Part shown: piece by piece, positions 48,301 to 57,283 of the stretch
How the letters are laid out: every line of letters starts with the position of its first letter
Numbering within the stretch: the stretch's first letter is position 1
NCBI GenBank assembly: GCA_950097015.1
Contig: CATNEN010000025.1
Location: 9,424,001 to 9,488,000 of the forward strand
DNA length: 64,000 nt
Source of the DNA: Macrostomum hystrix
Lineage: Eukaryota; Animalia; Platyhelminthes
Direction of reading: 5' to 3'
The notes under the pieces: model-generated
Seen by the model: only the letters and a program-made list of their open reading frames with translations
What the model was told of the DNA's origin: nothing
Databases searched by the model: none
Position numbers and translations under genes: made by a program

Positions 48301-48942
48301 AAGAACCATAGGATTTCCCTAAAAACCGTTGGATTTCCTGAAAAAACCATAGACTTTTCGAAGAGGGGCGGAGAAGCCCAGGATTCTCCTGAAGAATCAT
48401 GGGCCTGCCAGAGTGGCTCTCGCGTTTGCATCTCGCACTGAAGTCACTGAGCTGGAATCCACGGCGATGCCACATTCATTGTAGGTGGCTTGTCGTGCTT
48501 TACGATCTTGAGAGCCAACAGCCAAGGCTCTCAGCACCCACAGGTTCAATAAAAAAAACGCAAAATGTTCTCTAATTCGACTAATCTTCTAGTAAAAGAC
48601 TGTTGGCAAATACTTGCGCACACACCTGAATTGAGAATACTGCTTAGCCGCAGAGTACTTTTCCTGCATCAGATCAAACAGTGACATCTGCACATCCATG
48701 GTGCGCGCGGCGGCAGATGCGGCAGCGGCGGCTGCCTGAGCCGTGGAAGAGTCGTACGACGCCGCAACTTCGGCTAGGGCCGGAGAAGATCGGGCAATAC
48801 GCAGCGGCATCGATGTCTGCGGCTTGGCTTTGGGCACGAACTCGCTAGAGAAGCAACGCCTACGGAGCATCAGCAGAAGCGGAGGGACTAACTTTTGCCG
48901 GCGGCTTCTGCCCAGAGACGGAGCGCAATTGCAGTGATGCAT
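36310..48942 (-). CDS. NT5DC2/3: 5'-nucleotidase domain-containing protein (NT5DC2/NT5DC3-like HAD hydrolase), 563 aa, 7 exons, probable mitochondrial presequence
   Basis: Exons 48942-48626, 47018-46616, 39710-39639, 39198-38978, 38823-38722, 37505-37193, 36573-36310; phases 2,0,0,2,2,0; sum 1692 nt = 564 codons. Motifs IDVYGFDYDFTLANY (HAD motif I), FLVSNS, DWRQYFDLIVVQARKPFFF, GDHVSSDL, GWRTGAVIPEL, FGSIFRT, RRLARYADVY, TFYPPRVKLPHE. Confidence 0.93.
36710..37146. repeat. Intronic minisatellite, 31-bp unit (gagataagacagtagcaaagaatctcagggt)
   Basis: agcaaag at 36721 and 36752; about 14 copies in NT5DC intron 6. Confidence 0.97.
37690..38690. repeat. Intronic minisatellite, 20-bp unit (ccattccttatccaaccttY), ~48 copies
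   Basis: Register repeats every 20 nt in the listing; NT5DC intron 5. Confidence 0.97.
39207..39608. repeat. (AGT/AGC)n trinucleotide microsatellite filling NT5DC intron 3
   Basis: Directly visible; gives poly-T, poly-S and poly-V ORFs. Confidence 0.97.
39999..41896 (+). mobile_element. Crypton-like tyrosine-recombinase DNA transposon (~1.9 kb) bounded by 15-bp terminal inverted repeats
   Basis: TTATATAAAACATAG at 39999-40013 and its exact reverse complement CTATGTTTTATATAA at 41882-41896. Subterminal motif aatataatcccgg (40031-43 inverted, ~40052, ~40108, variant ~41802). Single internal YR ORF. Confidence 0.75.
40269..41621 (+). CDS. Tyrosine recombinase of the Crypton/DUF3504 type (ZMYM/KCTD1/QRICH1-related), 450 aa, apparently lacking the box-I arginine segment
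   Basis: NKWALRIFQEW, LGRFIHEVRK.NG..YPG.SL, KTNQGG, WFTSRPIGKNQL, TNHSLRAT (H-x-x-R), RTGH and RAYKR (catalytic Tyr). Intronless. Confidence 0.85.
   Translation: MRRVINPLVDYSKDFVGNFDPNVLPAAFVASVESHPDRDMREHQWLAAAMNEQRELELEDLEGVVPIDGALRELEGTDGAVKNGEADGRRFAVVGDIGVLNQSVRPRGTVNRNKWALRIFQEWITARGSTVTVKPITEFTIEEINTTLGRFIHEVRKVNGDRYPGGSLVSIAAGLQAVIREANPTVDLFKSAELRPFRDSLDAAMKLSTAAGSSLNAKPAGILCVSDEEKIWQSGVLGVDDPVRLTKTLFFLKECLVYKEATSKTNQGGLNDKRHKLVDRVYVPSTSHLGNRICHLTAFKKFLKVRPSGVERFYLQPAKNWESNTVWFTSRPIGKNQLCKMMADITTDSGVPKLTNHSLRATCATRLYQAGVDEQIIMERTGHGSVEGVRAYKRTSMNLIKTSSLVVDGKVVPEVASDLRCGGHTFVFNNCTVVQNIGPTNVGVSSDGPV
42407..43567 (+). CDS. Secreted fibrinogen-related domain protein (signal peptide, Cys-rich PAN-like N-terminal exon, FBG domain); possibly pseudogenising
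   Basis: ATG 42407 with hydrophobic leader; exon 1 donor not resolved. Acceptor tttcag at 43036. FBG motifs FQHRVDGSIGFNRNWLEYVNGFG, YWMGLEQLH, FSTLDADND, CA...AGWWY..C...NG. TAA at 43565-67 is followed in frame by YSLKSFECLV. Confidence 0.7.
42723..42930. repeat. Degenerate 50-bp tandem repeat, ~4 copies
   Basis: gattgtg at 42723, 42773, 42823 and 42923. Confidence 0.85.
43634..46480. repeat. Satellite, 41-bp unit (gggtttcaggaaatacaatggattctaaggagtgaaggccc), ~69 copies, with higher-order structure
   Basis: aggaaatac at 43681 and 43722 gives period 41. Variant 'aagaagtg' recurs at 43782, 44601 and 45460 (20 and 21 units apart). Confidence 0.98.
47210..48355. repeat. Intronic minisatellite, 21-bp unit (ccctaaagaaccgtaggattt)
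   Basis: 7-aa periodicity (ISLKNRR) in ORF 47652..47945; NT5DC intron 1. Confidence 0.96.
48480..48535 (+). mobile_element. Degenerate SINE fragment (same family)
   Basis: ggtggcttgtcgtgctttacgatcttgagagccaacagccaaggctc resembles the SINE core ggtggcttgtcgtgcagtttatgccgttgggggccaacctccaaggctc. Confidence 0.55.
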
Positions 48943-50187
48943 TGCCCGCAGAGTCTTAGTTCACTTCGGCTAAGACAGCTGGGACTCTAGGGCTTGAATT
49001 TAAGAGAAGTTTTAGCGCCAAGCAAGTTGAGGCGGCGGCGGCAATGTTCTTCTCTTCTGCCTCTTCTTTAAAGTTTTTTAGCTGTCTAGTAGCGAGGTTT
49101 TAGACTGTAAAAATGTTAACAGAAAATTGTAAGAAAATTCGGGTGTCTTCCAAGTCACGTGACTAGTGATAAGCTGATTTAGTGGAATGAACTAGCAATT
49201 AAAGTCCCCATTCTGTGGGGCAGGAGTGCAGTAAGTTTATGAAAACTTGCCTTAACGTCCCAAAATTGCAACCAACAGATTGGATTTATATCCATTTAAT
49301 AATGTCAATAAAAAAATGAAAAGTCTAATACTTAAAGAATGAAGTTTGATTATAATGTGTTTACAGCTAGGAGAATTTCACTGAGTAGATAGAACACGCT
49401 CTCCCAGCCCAAGGCAGTGGGGTGCGGAATATTTTAAGGCCATTCCAGGCGTACACAGAAAAATTCACGCAAACACACGCTTGTGCGTGTTAGCCAGGCT
49501 CAATGAAGAGGGTGGACAGGCAGATCGGAGGGGTGAGTCGCTAACAGACAAAAAAATACCCAATAACGAATAGGACAACAAACAGCGCTCCTGCTGGGGC
49601 AGCGGGGAAGTCAGCACTAATTAACAAGTCGCCCAGATTCATCAGATATAGTTGATCTATAACAAATTCACAAAAATATGCTCAGCAAATAGAATTTGAA
49701 AAAGAGGAATTTGAAAGAGGAAAGAGTCAATTTTAGACGAGACGAGATAGCTATTGACTGGCTATTGTGCTTCATGATAAATAAGTGAGAAGAAAATAAA
49801 GAATAATTATTCATCAATGAAGCTTCTTAAAATTAAATCTCTTTAAAGCTTTTACTCAAGGTGCTCACAGTAAGTGATTTAAAAAGAACGGGACGATAAA
49901 TTATTTGCACTACATCATATACCAATTATCGCCAATGCAAGGTCTTTCTTAATATAAGTATTAATAGTCTCGACAAAGAGGTGATACTTGATGTCAAATC
50001 GTGGCTTTTGCAGACAGCTTTTACCATAGAGATTGGAGATATATTATAGCTACTAGCGGTCGAATCTTCTCACAGCGCTTAAGTCGCTTTGTAATTAAGA
50101 GCGTACAAAAAGTTAAGAACGATTCACGAAATTAATTCTTAAAATAATGTAGTAGCGTTTGCACCGGACAGTTCGTAAAAAAACGTA

Positions 50188-52051
50188 ATGACTGGCAGAG
50201 CTAATCGGGCCGATGTGTTGCAGAAAGCTCTCGACAATGATGAAGCACATCAAAGACAGGATATCTATCAAGAATATAAAAAACAACATATTGCGGCCCA
50301 CAGACTGAGTAGTGACACCAGTCAGCGCGATATACTCAATAAGATCGAGTGCCTGCGCGATAAGTGGAAACGACAAGCCATAGACACTCAATCTGATAGG
50401 CAACCTGTGCCAAGTTCCAATAACAACGAACAGACGATGCTGAACTACGAGGCCACATCCGGAAAGCTTTGCGATCGTAGCGGAAAATATTTGAAGGCCA
50501 ACTTGGCTGAAGAGATTCAGAGCATACGATCTGTAGTCAAATTTAGCTATAATGATGAAATAGGAGACAAAGCAAATAAAAAGCCCGAATTGCAACACAG
50601 CAGAACAGAACAGAGTGGAAATCGGACTCAAGGTCGACAGAACGAATGGGACCAGAAGCAAAATAAGGTTCGGAATCACACTAAGCAGCAGCGTCGTGAT
50701 AGCCGAAAAAAGATCGATGTCATCAATACGGAGCAACCGTCAGCAAAGCTACAGGAGAGCAAGAGAAATCTGAACAATCCCGATCGCAAATCAGTAAAGA
50801 ATAGCGAAAGCAAAACTGAGTTAACAGAGCAGTCCAACATATTCGAGACAGAGATTCGTGCTGGTGAGTCTAATGCGGTGCAACTGGTCACCATGCGCAT
50901 GCAGAGTCCGGCTGAGCAAACCAAAAAGCTGCACAACCCAGTCGTATGGCTGATGAGCATTAAACAGTCAGTTGCTGAACGGGAAGCGCATTTAAAAGAT
51001 GATGCAACGAATAGAAACAATAGGAGTCGGAGAAGGCGGACTACTGACAATCAATTCGTTTCGAGTGCAACTTCCAGATCAACACCAATTATAAGAAAAA
51101 ATAGCGGAGCAGCTTATCAACGACTGGAGAGCTCAACTGATCCGACAATGATGGCATTGAAGACAAGCGATAGCGAGAATGATGTGAATGCTCAATGCCA
51201 TATTGCTAAAGAAATGCGATCGGCACGCGTATCGAGAACTAAGCCGACCATCTACCACAGAATCAAAATTCTTAAACAGCCAGAAGTAAGAATGCATTCC
51301 AATTCCATGCGCAACCGGTCCCTAGACGAGGATGAAGAGAGCGACAACGAACAAGAACTCATTCACGGGGACTGAGGAGATCAGCGAGGAAAGCATTGAA
51401 AATGTTACTCGGCTGATCCAGGCTGAAGTGAAGAGGGTTGCTCAGCGGATAGCAGCCGAGGGTTTAGCTAATTTAGTAGGAGCTCGAAAAAGCAAACAGG
51501 CTATTGTTAGCACAGCGAAAAACATTGAAGAAACTCAGGACTCAACAACGGATGACAAAGAATTTGACAGAGGATTAAAAAATAAAGAAAGGATGAACTC
51601 ATTCGAAGAACTAGATGAAAGCAAAGAATATGATACTAACCGTGGATACAGAAAGAATAGACGCAAGCTAAGCGCAGAATCAGAGACTGGGTCTTTTTCA
51701 CCAGCTCTGAACAAGGATTGCCATCGGGGCGGGTGGCAACAGTCAAAAGGAGGCAGCAGAGACCAATGGAAGGCAAGCCCAAATAGATGGCACCAAGGCA
51801 GCTGCACAAGTCAGTCCCACAGACAGCATAGGAGATCAGACACAGTGGGAAAATTGTTACCAATGGAGCACTGCCCAACAACGCGACACAGCATTGAATG
51901 TTTTAAGACTCGGTCTGGTAAATTCAAGTGTTACATGACAGCAAGGCACCCAGTGAAGTGTCATGTTGAAAATGGTCGCATATTGTGTAAGCCAACAATC
52001 AATGCCTACACCAGTGATCTGCCATCTTCATGCACTGCTACATGGTTATGA
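50188..52051 (+). CDS. Uncharacterised hydrophilic low-complexity protein (~620 aa if two ORFs are joined across a +1 frameshift), with a small Cys/His-rich C-terminus
   Basis: ORF 50188..51375 (395 aa) overlaps ORF 51332..52051. Removing one G from GGGG at 51367-70 gives continuous ...IHGTEEISEES.... No family recognised. Confidence 0.5.
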
Positions 52052-55000
52052 GGCTCCATAGAGTCCCCATTTGTAATTACATGTTTTGGGAACATGTCAG
52101 AAGAGCCAACTAGTTTGGACAAACTATTTTATTTCAGGGCTAAGTGCAAACTGCCTACAATATGGCCACAAGCACAGAATATTTTTCATTATTGACTGAA
52201 TTGTTTTGTTGACTTAATTACTGCCATACATGCAACATGGCATTTCTGTATTTCCTAAAAATAAATTGATTTTTCAAATAAACATAAAAGATTCCTTCTA
52301 AAAAAACTAGAAATTTATTTTCAAATGGCTGCTTTTATTGGATATTTGAAATGATCTAAAAAATACATAAGAATATTATATATATTTAGCTATAAGATAA
52401 AAGTTAGTAGATAGACACCAATAAACTGTTAGTATAATTTATTACATCAAGAAAATTACTTACATACAGAACAGCTGACCACAATCATATGACCACATGT
52501 TGTCACAAAGTTAAGGAATATAGCAGCAAAATCAACAAGTAACACAGAAGACAATATCAATCTGAAATTTGAAGATTTTGTTCAAATTTATTGATAACTC
52601 TATGCCCAAAAAAGGATGACCAACACACAAAAATGATACACAATTCTAGAAAAGGAGAATTGAACAACTATGTAGTCAAATAAATATATATTAAATGCCT
52701 AGATACAACTTATTTGAAAGGTTGGTGGCTATAAAATACAACTGATATGAATGTAAATAGTCATATTACAATAAAGTGGACTATCAAAAAAAGAGATCAA
52801 ACACTACTGCTTAATACACATTTATTAAAAAAATTCTGAATAGGCCCATTATATATTATTGAGATAGGCCACGTTTTATTCCTAGAAATATTTTCCCGCG
52901 AAATTAGTATTTTGTTTGTTTTAATGCACCAAATTTGTTTAAATGCGCCAATTTGTTTAAATGCACCGAAAATAAAATGTTTTAATGAAGTCGCAGAGGT
53001 GAGGAGGAGGAGAAGTTTTACTATAAATACACAAGCAGACTAAAGCGAATAACCAACTCGTACCACCTTGATTGGGAAAAGAGTTCAAAGTAAAGAAAAG
53101 CTTGAATCTTGAAGTGTTTGTGTTAAAGTTACTTGAGAAAGAAAATTGCAAAAGAAAAGTGAATAGAGTGAAGAAAAAGCTGTAAATCTAGATCCACTGG
53201 TAAAGCCCAGAAGACTGACTGAAGAGTAAATTGAAGGTTAACTGAATAACAATTGAAGAAGTGATAAAGACTGATAAAGATGGATAAAGACTGATAAAGA
53301 CTGATAAAGATTGATACAAAGTACTTATAGAAATAATACAGTAAAGTTATAAGTAGAAGGGAATATAGAAGAGAGATACTGGCCATACTGAAAGTATAAT
53401 GCTACCATATTGAAAGTATAACGCTACCATATTTGAATACATAAATGCTACCAATTGAATTTGAAATAAGAAAGTGCATAAAGCGAATAAAGTAAAGACA
53501 TTTATAAGATTGACATTAGATCTGATAGTACTTGAATAAAGTGTATCAATGTATCAAGTTGGACAATATGACAACTTTGGTGGCATATTAAATAATTAAT
53601 AATACAACTTTGGTAACAGCAGTTGGATCGTTAATTTCCACCTGCAACAACTTTGGTGACATTCAGTGGAATCTTAAATATTATAAAAAAGCCCTACAAC
53701 ATTATTTTTGTTGTTTGTTGCTATAAGTACAATGATGCTAATTACTCTTTAGGTTCTCTAGCTAAAGCATAAAAATACACAAGTGTTTTAAGTGCCTAGC
53801 TCCTAGCCTACTAGCTGCACATATTATAAGAAGTAAGTTTTCTGTCCAGAAACATTACAAAGCTAAAAAAGGATGATGTTTGTAAGCCTGCCCCTTGTAT
53901 GCAGCCAATAGCTAATACTATGACTACCTATGAGTATATATTTCTATCTAAATTTTATTATAGACCTATTATATTGTGTACTTATGAAATGCTAAAGACC
54001 TACTAAAAATGCAGTCATTAGGCCTACTTACTTCCATTATATTGCGAATTATTTATTATTGTAAAATTCTAATGGTCTCATATTCATAATATAAAAAGTA
54101 GTGGATAAAACTAAAACTAAAGTGTTCAAACAGTAAAAATATATTTAATTCGTAGTATTTGTAGGCTTAACAAATTAATAAATGGAGAAAAAGTAGTTGG
54201 AATACATTGCTTGCTCTCAGATTACTTTTATAGTCTAGCTAGCATACTACGAACGAAAAATAATAGCTTTTACAATAGTACAAAAATATAGAGTGGCGCT
54301 TCTGTGCCATAAGTACAACTTAGATAATAGTTCTTTTTTAGATAAGAAAATTCTGAAAGAAACACAACTCCATTTATACCATTTAATTTTTACTAGTCAT
54401 GTTTGTATATAGAGTCTTCGTTAGGATAATTAGCATAGCCATACACATAAAACAACAACGGTTTCCTTGAAATTTTCTTGACTATAAATTCGTGCCAAAT
54501 TGTCTAATTTACAAAATCACAAACAAAAGCATATAATATTCCTTTCCCAAAAAGCTGACTTGGCGCAAAGTATTAGGTGTTGCAATTAGACTCAGCAGGC
54601 TTTAGACACCAAATAAATGAGAGCGTTATGCTTTATTTCATAAAAAATCAATCAATAAAAATATTGCGCACTAATTTTTAATATGTTCTCGTAAGCGAGA
54701 ATGGATTGATTGAAACTTATTTCCAAGCTCTGAAAATTGTGCAGCAAGAAGAAATGAAAGAGAAATTGTGTGACTATTTTGAGATAAATATACGAAGTAC
54801 CTTACTTCAATCAAGTGACCTTTATTAGTCTCCTTTGCTCTAGTTTTAACGACGTCGTTATTTGTTGACTTTAAATGAACTCTCGAATCTTTTGTTACTG
54901 ATTGCTCAGTAGTATGCTAAAGCGATAATTCAAACTGAGTGTCGGCCATGTTTAAATAATAACAACTATTTCCTGAGGCTACGTAAGTAGTATAATTAGT

Positions 55001-55670
55001 CTCTTTTTAATGTATCATGCGTTTTGTTGGTTTTCCTCTTTCGCTTACAATAGAGGACGCTTAGTTCATTACCATCTCGTTATAAATAAATTTAATTTAT
55101 TCTTTTTATATTATTCACTGTTCTCTATTCTAAATGAGCCTAATCTTAACTGCTTTATAAGCTATATGTTCCTTTTCTAGCTCTGTATGTTGAACTATTT
55201 TTAGTAGTATATTTTCTTTCTATTTTTCAAGTTCGTTCACATGCATTTTGCAGACTTTATTTACATAGATAATAAAGTACTAAGCACATGTAATCATGAT
55301 TTACACAATTCAAATGTTGCACTTTCAGAAGATGGTGTCATTGTCATTTATCTTCTTATTAAGTTCTGTATGATAATATTAGTTCTATGTAACTATGTAA
55401 TAGGCCCTAATATAGCTAGCTAGCTAATAAATTTTTGTCATTGGTGATTAGGTCGCAAAATACTACCAATTGGCAATAGCTAATAATCTGGCAGTTAAAT
55501 TAAGTATAGAGAAGCTAGACTCTTCCTCTTGCCTAAGCCTAGTCTTTGTCTAGCATTTATGTAAAATTGACTTTTATAAACCATCTGTAGTAAAGGTATG
55601 ACCAAGCTAGCTATCATTAGGCCTAGGCTATGTTATATGTATGAAGCTAAGTCACAAGCTATGTGATCTA

Positions 55671-55924
55671 AGCTTAGAAACTTTGTCTGACTTGGAATAT
55701 TCCAACACTTATTCGGACAGTTAATGTGTTATACATAATACATTACCTGTTGAAATATTCCAACAGTTATTCCGACTCAAAATGAACTGTCTGAGAGCTT
55801 ATTAGATGTATGTATATAATTTCAGGTCGGAATAACTGTCAGAATATTCCCAGAGGTAATGTATAACACATTAACTGTCAGAATAAGTGTTGGAATATTC
55901 TGAGTCGGACAAAGTTTCTAAGCT
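55671..55924. mobile_element. MITE (254 bp) with 66-bp terminal inverted repeats and an 8-bp target-site duplication
   Basis: Arms 55671-55736 and 55859-55924 are reverse complements with 4 mismatches. Flanked by the direct repeat GTGATCTA at 55663-70 and 55925-32. Confidence 0.88.
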
Positions 55925-57283
55925 GTGATCTAGCATCTATTTTTATTGTAGCAGTTATATGCCTGTTTGTGAATTGTGACTAGGGGCCTATGCTATCCCT
56001 GTGAGTCCACAAAAGTCCATATCCTGCTACAGATTAGCCCTGATCACATGTGTCCAGCAAGTAGCAGGTACAACTGTCTCAGCTTGTGTGAAACCACATC
56101 AGTCATGTTTGCCTATACAGGGAATCAGTGTCTTGTTTTGTAGGCCATGGCAGATGCCAAATGCATTGCAAAGTAGGGCTACATGCATCTCTTTGATCCT
56201 AAGATTGTGTTGGGGCCTAGTGGCCTACTTATGTTGTTTTGCTCCCTGCTAATAGTAAGTTAAGGCCACATGTACCATGCTGAGCTGCTGCTTAAGTTAA
56301 TTTATCAGTGTCCAGGTCTCTCCATTGTTGAGTAATACAATCTTAATGACTGCATGTAAAAGCTGTAACCTATTGCTATCTATCAATGTGCCTAAAAGTA
56401 GCATCATCTGTATTGATCAAAAGATAGTTCAAGCATTACCTCACTGTCTCACCAAATTGTTGGTCATGTCTGGCACAAGTGAGATTAACAAACTGGTCGC
56501 ACCTTAGGAACAGGGTCCCATAGCTGTTGTTGTCCCATAGCAGAATCTTGACTAACAGATTTTGTATACTGTCTTAAAATGAATTGCCAAGACTAATTGT
56601 GCACTATCTAAGCACTAATTCTACATCATCTCTAAGTCTCCATACTATAGTGCCCTTAGTTTGTGCTTAGGAACCTTAAGTGTGTACTATGATTGTGTAG
56701 TGCATGTGTCTCATTTAGGCTCTGCTTATAACAATGGCTAGTGTTTACAACAGTGTTTTTATTTATTAACTAATGAGATTTTAATAGTTCCTAATCAATG
56801 CACCTACTTGAAACTATACATTGTACATTTCACATATTTTTATTCTACAAGATATCAGTTTATTATAAATTAATTGAAGGATTAGCTAAGAAAAAATCAT
56901 TTTTTTTCATATGAATAAAATATTGCTTCACCTGCATGTTATTTAATATTTATATAAATGCAGTAATACTGTATAAGATAATAAAATATACATTTAATAT
57001 TAAATTTAAGTGGCTAACTATATATATATATATGTCAAAAAGGAACAGTTTAATTCAAATTTTATATTTGTTTATCAAATATACTAAAGTTAAAATTTTC
57101 AGTGCCCTCTAAAATCACAAAAACTATTTTGTTAAGGAATGATATAACCAATTTAATTACAATACAATCGGCTCCACACCATACAATTTGCAGACTGAGC
57201 CTCACAACATCCCTGAAATCATCAGAATTGATAACTGAGTTAGGAAGAATTTACAAAACTAAGTCTCATAGCACAGCCTATCA

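Noticed and set aside
50113-50736. 207-aa hydrophobic minus-strand ORF resembling a membrane protein
   Set aside because: It is the antisense shadow of an A-rich K/N/Q/E-coding frame, which automatically yields L/F/I/V-rich text.
52100-57250. AT-rich 5-kb stretch with short ORFs and small degenerate repeats (for example aagactgataa at ~53265-53310)
   Set aside because: No coding signal, splice chain or recognisable element beyond the MITE; treated as intergenic.
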